From: a virus
Taxonomy: Duplodnaviria; Caudoviricetes
Reading direction: 5' to 3' (one strand)
DNA length: 35,774 bases
IMG/VR virus record: IMGVR_UViG_3300017766_003544
Coordinates: 1 to 35,774 of that record
Shown: positions 14,918-25,129 of the stretch, piece by piece
How positions within the stretch are numbered: the first letter of the stretch is position 1
How the letters are laid out: each line of letters starts with the position of its first letter
Program-made: the position numbers and the translations under genes
Notes under the pieces: model-generated
The model's input: the letters and a program-made list of their open reading frames with translations, nothing else
What the model was told of the DNA's origin: nothing
Database searches by the model: none

Positions 14918-16558
14918 TCACGGCGTCACCCAGCCGGTATTGCCGGTGCCGGAGGTTTTACGGTAGAGGGTGCCGGTGGCGGTGTCGGTGTAGAGAGAGC
15001 CGATGCCTGCGGTTTCGACACTTTCAGGGCTGCCGTTACCACTGCCGAACCAAACGGTGGTCGTCGTATAGTAACGCACGGTTGAGGCGGTGCCGGTGCC
15101 GGTGGCGGCGGGCTTGATGGTGTTTTTGGTCGCAGTGGCGGCGATCTCTAAATACTCGTCATTGCTGCCGTTGTCGGTCTCATAAAGTCGGAAAGTCTGG
15201 GCATTGGTGCTGTTTCGCTGCGCCAGCACGTTGGCGGCATCTCGGGCTATAGCGAGGTCACGCGATGCATTGAATGGATCTCCATTTGTCCAGCTAAAAA
15301 GTGCCGCGCTTCCTAGAGAAACGCCGCTTTTAGCGTAGCTAATTGCCACGCCGTTATTATTTCCATTAAAGACGATGATGTCGTCCACCGTTGATCCTGT
15401 CGTGTCGCCGATAAGCACTGGATTGTTGCTTTTTCCAAGGCGTAGCTGCCCGGTGCCTTTAGGCTTCACAACCATCGAGATGTTGGTGTCTACGCCTGTA
15501 GCTTCAATCGTTGGCCTGCCTGCGGTAGCGGCATTTGTGAGCGTGATTTCATTGACCGCGCTGGCCGTGGTGGTCATGATGAGCATCTCATTGCCATTAG
15601 TGTCGGCGATCTGGGCGATCTTCGGAGTTGTGAGGGTGACGCCTGAATCAATCGTCCAAGTAGCGCCAGAGCCCGAGACGGTGATGTCTCCCTTGTCGCC
15701 ATCGCTAACGCCTGCCGCTGCCCATGTCCCATCACCACGCCAGAAGGTCGAGGCACTGGCAGAGGTGCCGGAGTTGAGATTAGCGACGGGCAGGTTGCCG
15801 GTCACTTCCGTGGCGAGGGAGATGGTTTGACCGAGAAGCGAGACGTTGGCGGAGAGTCGGGCGTCTGCGACGGTGCCGCTGGTGATGTTTGAGCCGTTCA
15901 GCGCGGTTAATGCTGTGCCGAGGCCTGAAAATGAATTTGCCTCGATGTCGCCTTGGCTGGCGATTGATCCTGCGGAGGCGTCCAAGATGAACTGAGGCCC
16001 ATAATTGATCCCGGTGGTCCCATAGTCGCCAAGTCCTAGCGTCGTGCGCATTGCCGATGTCGAGGTGTCGTCCAGCAACGTCCGCGCCGTGCTGGTGAGT
16101 GTCGTAAGTGCCGCCGTCCCGGCACCTGTGTAATAAGGCAGGCGGTCTGCCGCGCTGGTGAGTCCAGAGAGGGCGGTGAGGTCGGTGTTCAGCGGCTGGT
16201 AGGCGGCGGCGGCGGCGGTCGTGGTGAGGTAGTCGGGAGTCCAGTTTTCCCAGTCGCCGGAGACGGAGTTGTAGCGGAGGAGTTGGTTGGCGAGGAGACT
16301 GCTGATCGCCACATCGGAGAGCGCGGCAAGTGTGCTGGAGCCGGAGGCGGAGACCATACCAAGATTGCCCGAACCATCGAAGCCGAAGACTTTGTTGTTT
16401 TCGGGCGTGACGGAAACCAGCGTGAAGCCTGCACCCACCGCCTTCTTTTGAAAAACATACTGCCCGGCAGTCTGGGCGCGGACGCTTTGGACGAGCAGGA
16501 CGAGGGCGATCACGATGGCCCAGGCGGTGAGATGGATGGCGGTGCGGATGGTTTTCAT
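14918..16558 (-). CDS. Tail fibre / receptor-binding-like protein
   Basis: T/G/A/S-rich, with fibre-type segments ([13 protein letters not shown]...[21 protein letters not shown]; [10 protein letters not shown]). Signal-peptide-like N-terminus. Confidence 0.7.
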   Translation of the reverse strand: MKTIRTAIHLTAWAIVIALVLLVQSVRAQTAGQYVFQKKAVGAGFTLVSVTPENNKVFGFDGSGNLGMVSASGSSTLAALSDVAISSLLANQLLRYNSVSGDWENWTPDYLTTTAAAAAYQPLNTDLTALSGLTSAADRLPYYTGAGTAALTTLTSTARTLLDDTSTSAMRTTLGLGDYGTTGINYGPQFILDASAGSIASQGDIEANSFSGLGTALTALNGSNITSGTVADARLSANVSLLGQTISLATEVTGNLPVANLNSGTSASASTFWRGDGTWAAAGVSDGDKGDITVSGSGATWTIDSGVTLTTPKIAQIADTNGNEMLIMTTTASAVNEITLTNAATAGRPTIEATGVDTNISMVVKPKGTGQLRLGKSNNPVLIGDTTGSTVDDIIVFNGNNNGVAISYAKSGVSLGSAALFSWTNGDPFNASRDLAIARDAANVLAQRNSTNAQTFRLYETDNGSNDEYLEIAATATKNTIKPAATGTGTASTVRYYTTTTVWFGSGNGSPESVETAGIGSLYTDTATGTLYRKTSGTGNTGWVTP

Positions 16559-16564
16559 GGAAGA

Positions 16565-17185
16565 CTAGGCGGGAGGCTCACCGCTGTTCAGGGCGATGTG
16601 GAAGACGTCACCGGCGCTGTTGACAAGGCGGAGGTAGCCTGCGGAGGTGAAGGTGATCTTTTGGTTCGCGAGTGCCTGCGCGGCCTGGGCGGCGGTCAGG
16701 GTCTGGGCGGCATCGAAGCGGACACCGTGATCGTCGAGCCAGGCGAGGGATTCATCGGCGATGGGATCAGGGGCGTCGTCGCCGCTGCGGATGTAGGCGT
16801 TGACGAGGGTGACCGGGAATGAGACGCGCTCGACGACGCTGGCGACGGTCCACTCGACTTCGCCGAAGGCATCGAGCTGGGTGAGATCGCCGATGGCAGT
16901 GCGGAGGGCAGCGGAATCGACGCTGGAAAACTCGAAGGTGTAGCCGTCTGCCAGCTCGTCAGCGACGGAGCTGGTGAAGACGAAGGGGTCGCCGGTGGGC
17001 GTGGCCTTCAGCGTGACGCGGAAGGTCGGGGAGGAGAGCAGGGCGGCGGCTTCTCCGGTGGCGAAGAACTTGACCGTCAGGGTGAGCGCGGCCTGGAGCT
17101 TCGCGGCAATCAGCGGCAGGGCATTGCCAGTGATGGCCGAGCGGGCGACGAGGGTGGTGGTATTGAGGAAGACGGTGCCGGTCAC
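16565..17185 (-). CDS. Tail/baseplate-associated protein (fibre-adaptor-like)
   Basis: N-terminal domain is paralogous to those of 17214-19016 and 19056-19994. Confidence 0.6.
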   Translation of the reverse strand: MTGTVFLNTTTLVARSAITGNALPLIAAKLQAALTLTVKFFATGEAAALLSSPTFRVTLKATPTGDPFVFTSSVADELADGYTFEFSSVDSAALRTAIGDLTQLDAFGEVEWTVASVVERVSFPVTLVNAYIRSGDDAPDPIADESLAWLDDHGVRFDAAQTLTAAQAAQALANQKITFTSAGYLRLVNSAGDVFHIALNSGEPPA

Positions 17186-17213
17186 GTGGACAGGACCGTG
17201 TCAAAATATCCGA

Positions 17214-19016
17214 TTACAAAGCATCCGGCGTCGTGAGGACGTTGGTATGGGTCTCGGTGCCGGTGGTGGTGACGGTGCTCTTGCGGGTGTTCCAGGTCTT
17301 GATGTTCCCTGCTCCGCTGCCTGCGGCTCCGTTGCTGCCGACTCCGGTGCCTCCGGCTCCGGCGCTGTGGGTGAGGGTGCCGGTGACTTCGCAGTCGATG
17401 AGCTTGACGTTGGCGGCGGCATTGCCACCAGGGCCGCCGGTGCTGCCGGTGCCGGTGGCGGCTCCGCCTGCTCCACCGCTGGCGGTGATGGTGCCGACGC
17501 GGAAGCCTTTCAGCAGGATGTCTCCGCCGGTGCCGCCTCCGCCTGCATAGACGCCGCCCACGGCTCCGGTGTCAGTCATTGCTCCGCCGACTCCGCCGGT
17601 GGTGGTGACGCTGGTGAGGGTGACGGTCTTATTGCCGAAGAGTCGGACCTTGTAGCCGTTGCCGCCATCGTAGGCGTTCGGGCTCGGATCTTGGCTGCCA
17701 TTGCCTGCGCTGCCTGCGGTGCCGGTGGCGACGATGGTCATGGTGCTGCTCATCTCGCCACGTCCGATGATGGTGACATCATAGCCGGTGCTCATGGCGG
17801 CGGCCAGCGTGAGTGTGCCGTGATCACAGGCTCCGGCGAGGACGAGGGTGCAGTCCTCAGCGAGGGCGAGGATCTCGGCCCAGACGGCATCGAGCGTGGC
17901 CCATGGCAAGGCGGGGTGGCCCATGACGGCGGTGCCGTCGTTGCCATTCACGGGGTCACAATAAAAGACGTTTTCGTGGACGGGCTCCAGTCCATCGGCT
18001 CCAGGGATGCCCTGAGGGCCACGGATGTCCACGCCTTCAGCGGCGGTGGCGACGAGGCCGGTGGGGCCAACGTAGTAGTTGATGAAGCCGGGCTCGCTGC
18101 CTGCTCCGCCGGTCCAGTCGATGAGCTGGAAGACGCGGCGGTCGCCATCGGTATCGGCGGCGAGGACGGGAGACCATCCGGCATCGCCTGCGGCTCCGGG
18201 ATCTCCCTGAGGTCCACCGGGAGCGCCATCAGCTCCGGTGGCACCTGTGGCTCCGGTGGGGCCGGTTTCGCCTGCGGGGCCTTGAATGCCCTGCACGCCG
18301 CGAAAATCCATGGCGTCGGCGAGGGTGGCGGTGAGGCCGGTGGTGGAGATGTAGCCGACGCCTGGCTTGGTGCCGGTGCCGCCGGTCCAGTCGTAGATCT
18401 CCATGACTCGGCGGGCGCTATCGGTGGCGGAGCGAATGAGCGGGGACCAGCCGTCGTCGGCGGAGAGTTCGCCGACGGGATCGACGGAGATGGTGATGGT
18501 TCGGGCGACGCCGTCCTCATCGAGCGTCACGGCATCGCCTGCCACGAGCATGGCGGCGAGACGGGCGAAGCCTGCATCTTGAGCTGTATCGGGGATGCCA
18601 TCGGCATCACCGGCGATGGCGGCGGTGACGGTGACGGGGATGGGCGTGGAAAGGTAGGTGACGGAAGAGATCACCCATTCGAGCTGAGCGACGAGGTCGA
18701 TGCTCTCCGAGGTGCCAAGGGCGGTGCGGAGATCGGCCCCATCGACCACGAAAGAGAAGGACTGGCGGCTGGTGGCTCCGCTGCCGCTGGAGGCTGGGGT
18801 GTCATCCGTGATCAGAACGTCACCGCTGGCCGCCTCCTTGATGACGATTCGGGCAGTGGTGGGGTTGAGCGCGCTGATCACACCTGCCGAGCCAAAGGCG
18901 CAGACCACGGTGACGGTGCCACGCTGGAGGAGATTCCAGGGAGTGAGGGCGGCCTGGTTGTTTGAGTCAAAGACTTGGTTGCCGCGATCGCGGGCGATGT
19001 AAAGAGGGATGGTCAT
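17214..19016 (-). CDS. Tail fibre with collagen-like G-X-Y repeats and Gly-rich C-terminus
   Basis: GVQGIQGPAGETGPTGATGATGADGAPG repeats, a duplicated GWSP...DWTGG.G..PG module, and a YCDPVNGND motif. Confidence 0.75.
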   Translation of the reverse strand: MTIPLYIARDRGNQVFDSNNQAALTPWNLLQRGTVTVVCAFGSAGVISALNPTTARIVIKEAASGDVLITDDTPASSGSGATSRQSFSFVVDGADLRTALGTSESIDLVAQLEWVISSVTYLSTPIPVTVTAAIAGDADGIPDTAQDAGFARLAAMLVAGDAVTLDEDGVARTITISVDPVGELSADDGWSPLIRSATDSARRVMEIYDWTGGTGTKPGVGYISTTGLTATLADAMDFRGVQGIQGPAGETGPTGATGATGADGAPGGPQGDPGAAGDAGWSPVLAADTDGDRRVFQLIDWTGGAGSEPGFINYYVGPTGLVATAAEGVDIRGPQGIPGADGLEPVHENVFYCDPVNGNDGTAVMGHPALPWATLDAVWAEILALAEDCTLVLAGACDHGTLTLAAAMSTGYDVTIIGRGEMSSTMTIVATGTAGSAGNGSQDPSPNAYDGGNGYKVRLFGNKTVTLTSVTTTGGVGGAMTDTGAVGGVYAGGGGTGGDILLKGFRVGTITASGGAGGAATGTGSTGGPGGNAAANVKLIDCEVTGTLTHSAGAGGTGVGSNGAAGSGAGNIKTWNTRKSTVTTTGTETHTNVLTTPDAL

Positions 19017-19026
19017 GGCGGAAGTT

Positions 19027-19057
19027 GTTCTCGGTTCTCTGTTTTCTGTTCTCGGTT
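19027..19057 (+). repeat. Heptamer tandem repeat (GTTYTCK x4)
   Basis: GTTCTCG GTTCTCT GTTTTCT GTTCTCG GTT. A similar array lies at 20004-20036. Confidence 0.7.
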
Positions 19058-19994
19058 AGTCGAGCTTGGTGAATTGGACGCAGGCACCGGCTTTGACGGT
19101 GATGGCGGTGTTGGCGAGTTCGGAGGCAAATCGAGCCGTGACGACGCCATCGGCGGAGGGACGGATGAAGCCTTCAATGATGGCGATGTTGCCGGTCGTG
19201 AGGCTGGTGGCATTGGCAGACCCGGGGAGGTCGTAGGCTCCGAGACCTTCGTTTGTAGTGCGCGTGGCTGCCGTGAGGGTGTAGTCGCTGCGATAGGCCA
19301 GATACGTCGGGGATGCCGGGCCGGTGATGCTGAAGCGGGCTCCGTTTGCAGTCGATGCCGAAGTGTAGGGGATGCTGAAGCGGAAGTGATACCGCGCGCC
19401 GCTTTGCACCGGGAATTCGAGATCCGTGATGTCGGCGATGGTGTTGGCTGTGGCGTTGTTATTCACGACATCGGCGTCGATGACGAGGAACTGCGGGGAC
19501 TTGGCGGCGCTGGCGATGGACTCTTCGGCGGTGCCGCTGGTGGGATCGGTCTCATTGCCGCGCCAGACGCTATTGTGCAGCCGGAAGGTGACGAGCTGGG
19601 TGCGCCACCAGGTGGTGGTGTTGGAGGTGCGCCAGGCGAGTTGGGCGTCGAGATCGATGTATTCATTTTCCGACTCGGTGGCGTGGGCGATTTTGAGCAG
19701 GGCATTGAGTAGCGTGGTGTTGTAGTTCACGCGGGCCTGATAGCGGCCTGTGCTGGTGTTGCGGACCCAGGTGGAGGCGAGGGCGTGGGCGGCACTGTCC
19801 CAGTCTTCGCCTTGCGGTTTCGCCACAAAGCGGAACTCCTCCAGCCCGGTGGGGGTGACGGCGGCTCCTTCGTCGAGGAAGACGAGTTCGATGTTTTCGC
19901 CATCGCCTCGGCGGCCTTCGATGAAGGTCTGGGGGGAAAGCATTCCCTCGGAGAGGACGAGGAGCTGGTGTTTGCGGTCGAGGATGAGGAGCAT
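19056..19994 (-). CDS. Minor tail / baseplate-associated protein
   Basis: Position in the tail module, shared N-terminal adaptor-like domain, beta-rich C-terminal domain. Confidence 0.6.
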   Translation of the reverse strand: MLLILDRKHQLLVLSEGMLSPQTFIEGRRGDGENIELVFLDEGAAVTPTGLEEFRFVAKPQGEDWDSAAHALASTWVRNTSTGRYQARVNYNTTLLNALLKIAHATESENEYIDLDAQLAWRTSNTTTWWRTQLVTFRLHNSVWRGNETDPTSGTAEESIASAAKSPQFLVIDADVVNNNATANTIADITDLEFPVQSGARYHFRFSIPYTSASTANGARFSITGPASPTYLAYRSDYTLTAATRTTNEGLGAYDLPGSANATSLTTGNIAIIEGFIRPSADGVVTARFASELANTAITVKAGACVQFTKLD

Positions 19995-20003
19995 GGGTTG
20001 GGA

Positions 20004-20036
20004 GTTCTCGGTTTATGGTTCTCGGTTCTCTGTTTC
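20004..20036 (+). repeat. Heptamer tandem repeat
   Basis: GTTCTCG GTTTATG GTTCTCG GTTCTCT GTTTC. Confidence 0.65.
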
Positions 20037-20345
20037 AGAGGGCTCGATGAGGGGAGCGCCTTCGGTGTCTAACAGGAAGGGCGGGAGGTTGTCGTCGGTG
20101 GGGGAGATGCCGAAGGTGAGGAGGAAGCGCTTGTATTGCTCGCGGGTTTCGGCGCGGGCGCAGGCGGCACCGTAGGCCACCAGAGCCTCGCGGATGTCAT
20201 GGACGGTGGTGTTTTCAGGGAGGTCGATGAGGACGTGGGCGGCGGTCTTGGAGTAGTGCCAGCGTGTGGTGCCTGGACACTTCCGATCTGGGGCGATCTG
20301 CTCGAAGCCGAAGAGGTGCAGGATGTGGGCTGTGTTCGGGGTCAT
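20013..20345 (-). CDS. Hypothetical protein
   Basis: 110 aa, ATGA overlap with the upstream gene. Confidence 0.6.
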   Translation of the reverse strand: MTPNTAHILHLFGFEQIAPDRKCPGTTRWHYSKTAAHVLIDLPENTTVHDIREALVAYGAACARAETREQYKRFLLTFGISPTDDNLPPFLLDTEGAPLIEPSETENREP

Positions 20346-20752
20346 GAGTTCGAGAGGCGGCGGCGGTGGAGTTTCAGGAGGAGCTGGATATGCTCATGGA
20401 GGCGCTTGAAGTCGGGGATGAAGATGAGGGTGCAGCTCGTCTTGATTGGCATGGGGTTCTGGCTGGCGACGGGCTCCAGGGCGGCGAAGACGTAGTCGCG
20501 GAAGCGGTGGAGATCGGTGAGCAGGACGGGACCGGCGGAGGTGCGGGGGCGGAAGGGCTCGGGCTGTTTCTCGGCCTTCGCAGGCTGGGCGGCGGAGGTG
20601 TAGTCACGCACTCCGCCGGGCGGGATGTAGTGCCTGCCGAGCTGGGGGAATAACCAACGGATGTATTCGCGGAGGTGGCTTTGCAGCATGACGCCGTTGC
20701 TCTGACGCCATGCGAACGGCTCAGGCTTCGGAGGTCTGGAGCTTCGGCGCAT
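20342..20752 (-). CDS. Hypothetical protein
   Basis: 136 aa, TAATG overlap with the upstream tail gene. Confidence 0.55.
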   Translation of the reverse strand: MRRSSRPPKPEPFAWRQSNGVMLQSHLREYIRWLFPQLGRHYIPPGGVRDYTSAAQPAKAEKQPEPFRPRTSAGPVLLTDLHRFRDYVFAALEPVASQNPMPIKTSCTLIFIPDFKRLHEHIQLLLKLHRRRLSNS

Positions 20753-21630
20753 TACGTGAGTTTCGGTTCGGCCTTCGGCACATATTCGTGCGTCAGCGTG
20801 TAGAGGTAGATGTCTTTATCGAGGATCTGATCCCACTGGACGCCGGAGAGTTTCCAGCCGGGGGGCCAGTTCCAGGTGAAGCCTGCGGAGGAATACCAGC
20901 TTGTGGTTTCGAAGATGTTATCGAGCAGCGGGACGCGGGCGGGAGTGTAGGGGCGGCCTACCTTGTCTGTCGGTGGTGCGGTGAAGCTGAGGAGGCTGTG
21001 GGTGACGGCGACCTTACTGGTATCGAGCGTGGAGTCTCGGGCGGTGGACCAGCCGTTATAGACGCCGTTTTCATCGACGAAGGTGGTGCCGACGAGGGAG
21101 AGAGAACCGGCCTGCCGTGTCTCGCCATTGACGGTGCCTTTCCATTTGCCCGGCTTCGGGTTGCCATCGTCGAGCGGGATGATGCCGCGATAGCTGGGCG
21201 AGACGCGCCAGACGCGATCGGTGACCTGGTCTTTGCTGTCGATGCCGACACACCAGAGCGTGGCGATGTCGGGGTGGACGTTGCCGATGGCGAAGGCGGA
21301 GGGGTCGGTCGTCAGCCAAGTCTGCGGGCCTTCGTCCCAGCCTTCCTCGGGTTGCTTGAGGCTGGAGGATTCGAGGCGATGGCCGGGGCGGAGGAGGCCT
21401 TCACCGCGAAGGTTGTGCTGGTAGGCATGGCCTGGGATCTCGACGAGGGTCTCGCACTCGACGATGGACATATACGGGTAGCCGGGGAGTGGACCGCCAC
21501 GGGAAAAGGCATCCTCGCGATCAGTCTGCCAGGAGACGCTGGCAGTGTCGAGCTTACGCGGGGAGGAGGTGATCTTGCGGCCAGTGATCTCGAAGGTCTT
21601 GAGCCCGAAGATGGAAAAGTCTGGAATCAT
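20752..21630 (-). CDS. Minor tail protein (distal tail/hub position)
   Basis: Immediately follows the tape measure gene with an ATGA overlap. Beta-rich. Confidence 0.6.
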   Translation of the reverse strand: MIPDFSIFGLKTFEITGRKITSSPRKLDTASVSWQTDREDAFSRGGPLPGYPYMSIVECETLVEIPGHAYQHNLRGEGLLRPGHRLESSSLKQPEEGWDEGPQTWLTTDPSAFAIGNVHPDIATLWCVGIDSKDQVTDRVWRVSPSYRGIIPLDDGNPKPGKWKGTVNGETRQAGSLSLVGTTFVDENGVYNGWSTARDSTLDTSKVAVTHSLLSFTAPPTDKVGRPYTPARVPLLDNIFETTSWYSSAGFTWNWPPGWKLSGVQWDQILDKDIYLYTLTHEYVPKAEPKLT

Positions 21631-23567
21631 GAACCGGAGAGGATGGAGACGATCTGGGGAAGCATCTGGGTGACGATCTGGGCGGCGGCGGCGTTGCTGT
21701 CCTGCGGGGTGGCACCTTCGGCGGCGGCGTTCTTTTGGGCGGCGGCGGCGAGGGGGTTGGTGCCTGCGGCGGCGGCTCCGGTGGGGCGGAGGGTGCCGAA
21801 GGCATCGGTGACGGTGGAGTCGCGGCGGGCTCGGGAAGCGGTGACACGGTCTTCGGCGCGCTGGCGGGCTTCATCGGCTCCACCTTGGCGGGATTGTGAA
21901 TAACCTTTGATCTTGCCATCGGGGCCGGTGGGCTTGTCCATGAGGGACTGGCGGGCATCGACGATCTGGGCGGCTTTGTCGGCGGCATCGGCCTCAGTGA
22001 CTCCGGCGGCGATCAGGCGGTTTTTCTCCTGCTCGATGGCGGCCTGGCGTTCGAGTTCGGCGGTGAGTTCTTTGTTGCCGGTGAGCTTGGCATTGATGAG
22101 GGCCATCTCGGCATCGAAGGCGGCGATGGCATCGGCCTGGAGGGCGGCTTTCTCTTGGGCGTCTTTGAGGTCGTCGGCGGCCTCATCGGCGGCGCGCTTC
22201 TTTTCATCGGCGATGTCGGCATCGGCGGTGCGGGCTTGTTTGGCGAGGTCGAGGAGTTCGGTGGCGATCTGGAGGCGCTGCTCATCGAAGCCGGGACCGG
22301 TGAGGGCGGCAGCCTCGACCTCCAGGCGCATCTGTTCGCGCTTGATCTCGATGAGCTGAAGGTTCGGCGGGAGGATGGAGAGGTAGTCGTCGAAGCGTTT
22401 TTGGTTGAGGGCGGCCTCCTGCTCCTGGAGGCGGTTGATCTCGCGGTGGGCTTCGAGGAGGGCTTTGGCGTCGGGGGCGGAGGTGCCGGGGGTGCCGGGT
22501 TTTTTCTCGGGCGTGGTGGCGTCTTTTTTGACGATCTCTTTGCCATCGGCATCGAACTGCTTGGCGGGGCCGAAGCGGGCGGCGGCATCAGTGGCGGCGG
22601 CTTGATCTTCAGCCTCTTTGTTCGTCTGGGCGACGATGCCGCCGGTGGGGTCGAGGCCGAGGAGCTTGCCAATGCCTTCGCCAACGCCCTGGGTGAGGGA
22701 GTTGCGGATGTTGTTCAGCTCGGCGAGGAGCTTGATGGATTCTTTCGTGGCGAAGGCGATGCCTTGGCCGAGGTCGCGGAAGAGGTCGGCGTTTTGCTCC
22801 AGGAAAGCCGCCATTTCCTTGGCACCTTGGACACCTTCAGCGAAGAGTCCCTCGGTGAGAAGACCGGCGGCTTTATCCATGGCCGAGGAGAGGGTGGAGA
22901 AGGCGACGCCTGCGGTGTCTCCGGCTTCGCCGAGGGTGCCGATCTTGCCGACGAGGAAGTCGTAGAGGGTGCCAGCTTGGCGGGCTTTCTCGATGTCGGC
23001 ATTGGAGATGCTGAGGACTTTGGCGAGGGTGGAGTCGGCTCCGATGTTGCCGGAGACGATGGAGCGCATTTCCTGGGCGAGCTGCTCGGCGGGGATCTTG
23101 GCATTTGCCATGGCATTGGCGAACTTGCCGACGAGGTCGATGTTTTGGGCGACGTCGATGCCGACGGCCTGGGAGCTGCCGAGGGTGGCGAGGAAGCCAT
23201 CGACGAGGCCGGTGAGGCTGGCGGCGGTGCTGGGCTCCAGGTCCACCATGGCCTGCATGGCGGCGGCGGCTTCACCCTTAGCGGCTTCAGTGCTGAGGCC
23301 TTTGAACTGGCGGAGGACTTGGGCGATGGCGGTTTCGCTATCGCCGATGGTTTGGTTAAACTCGAGGCCGCGTTTGACGAGGAGTCCGAAGCCTGCGGCT
23401 CCGGCGATGCCTGCGATCTGTCCGCCGAGGCCGGAGAAGGCTTTGCCAAATCCGCCTTGGGATTGGAGGTCGGCGCGGAGCTTCTTGGCTTCGCCTTTGG
23501 CTTTGGCGAGCTGCTGCTGGTATTGGGCGATGTCCAGCCGGAGGGAGGCTTCGAGATTGGCGGCCAT
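21627..23567 (-). CDS. Tail tape measure protein
   Basis: 646 aa, Ala/Gly/Gln-rich and helical. N-terminus MAANLEASLRLD. Downstream of the chaperone genes. Confidence 0.85.
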   Translation of the reverse strand: MAANLEASLRLDIAQYQQQLAKAKGEAKKLRADLQSQGGFGKAFSGLGGQIAGIAGAAGFGLLVKRGLEFNQTIGDSETAIAQVLRQFKGLSTEAAKGEAAAAMQAMVDLEPSTAASLTGLVDGFLATLGSSQAVGIDVAQNIDLVGKFANAMANAKIPAEQLAQEMRSIVSGNIGADSTLAKVLSISNADIEKARQAGTLYDFLVGKIGTLGEAGDTAGVAFSTLSSAMDKAAGLLTEGLFAEGVQGAKEMAAFLEQNADLFRDLGQGIAFATKESIKLLAELNNIRNSLTQGVGEGIGKLLGLDPTGGIVAQTNKEAEDQAAATDAAARFGPAKQFDADGKEIVKKDATTPEKKPGTPGTSAPDAKALLEAHREINRLQEQEAALNQKRFDDYLSILPPNLQLIEIKREQMRLEVEAAALTGPGFDEQRLQIATELLDLAKQARTADADIADEKKRAADEAADDLKDAQEKAALQADAIAAFDAEMALINAKLTGNKELTAELERQAAIEQEKNRLIAAGVTEADAADKAAQIVDARQSLMDKPTGPDGKIKGYSQSRQGGADEARQRAEDRVTASRARRDSTVTDAFGTLRPTGAAAAGTNPLAAAAQKNAAAEGATPQDSNAAAAQIVTQMLPQIVSILSGS

Positions 23568-23570
23568 GAG

Positions 23571-24350
23571 TTAGAGGGTTTTGGAGAAGCCGGAGTCTTT
23601 GGCGGCGCGGTTCAGGTAGGATTCCCAGCGGCGGTCGAGGGCTCCGACCCGCTTATTCATGGCGAAGTCAATGCGACGCTGGATGTCGCGGACGTCGCGG
23701 CCATAGGAGACTTGGTTCGTCATCGTGATCTCGATGCGCTGATCAGTGATCTCGACTTTGAGCTTGCCGGGGGCATCGAGCTTACCGACGCCGTAGGGGA
23801 GTTTGCTGCCGAGGGCGCGGAGGGGATCTGCCCAGCCGGAGGCGAGAAACCAGACGTGCTCCTGAATCTGGCGGATGTAGGCGGTGAGGGCGGCCTCGGA
23901 GGTGACGTAGTAGGTGGCGGCAGCGCGCTGGCGGCGGCGACGGGCTCCTTTGCCGAAGCGGTCATGGAGGGCGCCGCCATCGAAGGGCGCGAGGCTTTTC
24001 CCGGTGGCGTCGCGGAGGATGCTGGAGGCGGTGGAGTCGTCCGCCTGCCGATGGTGAAACCAGAAGGCGTCGGCCTGCTGGGTGTCTTTGGCGGCGATGA
24101 GGTCGTAGGCAGCGGAGGGGGTGCCGTAGATGCTGCGGATGCCGCTTTCGACGCTGGCTTTGCCCATCTTCTCTGCCTGCCTGCCGGTGGTGCTGCCGGA
24201 GTAGGGCGGGGTGATTTTGGCGACTTCGACGAAGAGGAGCCGGGCCTGGTCTTTCATGACGGCGGCGGCGGCTTTCTTGGAGGTGGCGGCAAGCCGGACA
24301 ATCGCCGTTTCAAAGGGCGCGCTGTTCAGGGTGAGGCCATCGGGGGACAT
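23571..24350 (-). CDS. Putative tail completion/neck protein (HK97 gp10-like)
   Basis: Basic protein with A..L......TPP and LASGW motifs. Family assignment is inference. Confidence 0.5.
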   Translation of the reverse strand: MSPDGLTLNSAPFETAIVRLAATSKKAAAAVMKDQARLLFVEVAKITPPYSGSTTGRQAEKMGKASVESGIRSIYGTPSAAYDLIAAKDTQQADAFWFHHRQADDSTASSILRDATGKSLAPFDGGALHDRFGKGARRRRQRAAATYYVTSEAALTAYIRQIQEHVWFLASGWADPLRALGSKLPYGVGKLDAPGKLKVEITDQRIEITMTNQVSYGRDVRDIQRRIDFAMNKRVGALDRRWESYLNRAAKDSGFSKTL

Positions 24351-24383
24351 GGGATCGGCGTGGGAGTTGCCCAGGGGGGCGTG

Positions 24384-24638
24384 TCAAAGGTCGAGGGTGA
24401 TGGGGGTGGGGGATTGGCGGAGTTCATTGACGCGGAGGAGCATTCTGCCGGAGGTGGAGAGGCGGGGGTCGGGCCAGATGTAGGTTTCGCCTGCGAGGAG
24501 TCCGGCGGCGTGGATGAGGGACCAGCCTTCGGTGAGGGAGATTTCCCAGCGCATTTCATGGCGGGTGGTGGTGCCGTGGTAGGCCCGACTCAGGAGGGCG
24601 TAGTATTGCGCCTCGGAGACGGGCAGGGCTAGTTTCCC
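24384..24638 (-). CDS. Tail assembly chaperone frameshift extension (gpGT-like)
   Basis: The -1 frame after the G GGA AAC slippery site reads GKLALPVSEAQYY... Confidence 0.7.
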   Translation of the reverse strand, partial: GKLALPVSEAQYYALLSRAYHGTTTRHEMRWEISLTEGWSLIHAAGLLAGETYIWPDPRLSTSGRMLLRVNELRQSPTPITLDL

Positions 24639-25129
24639 GAGGGGCCTCCTGCGCGTGAGGCTGGACGCATGGGGATGACGGCGTGATGCTGGGTGCGGAG
24701 CAAAACGGCGAGGTGGATGGCGGGCCATTCGTCTCCGGCGGGGATGTGCTTCTCGGACCATTCATTGGCGGCACGGAGGAAGGCGGCGGGGCGGCCTCGG
24801 AGGTGGTCCCATTGGTTCGGCTGGTGGGCGGCGAGGTAGAGGACGAGCGCGGCTTGCTCGATGAAGAGCATGGGGGAGAGGAGGGTCTCGATGGTGACAG
24901 TGCTCCCCTTTTCAGCGAGGCGGGCGGTGAGGAGGGGGAGGGAGTCGAGGCCGGTGGTGGTTTCGTCGTGCTCGATGAGGCGAACGAATAGGCTTTCACG
25001 CTGGCGGCTCCAGGGCTGGAGGGGGATGCCTGCCCAGGTGTGGGAGTCGGCGGTGTGCCAGGCTTGCTGGCGGAGCTGGTCGGCGGCGGCTCCGGGGGCG
25101 ATGTCTTCGGGTGCTAGGGTTGGGTCCAT
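24629..25129 (-). CDS. Tail assembly chaperone (gpG-like)
   Basis: Ends TCG GGA AAC TAG. Lies between the tail tube and tape measure genes. Confidence 0.72.
   Translation of the reverse strand: MDPTLAPEDIAPGAAADQLRQQAWHTADSHTWAGIPLQPWSRQRESLFVRLIEHDETTTGLDSLPLLTARLAEKGSTVTIETLLSPMLFIEQAALVLYLAAHQPNQWDHLRGRPAAFLRAANEWSEKHIPAGDEWPAIHLAVLLRTQHHAVIPMRPASRAGGPSGN

Noticed and set aside
22155-24632. 825-aa plus-strand ORF (also 16974-18965, 25312-27042, 6100-7437 and similar)
   Set aside because: Antisense shadows of well-supported minus-strand genes in high-GC DNA, with low-complexity translations and no motifs.
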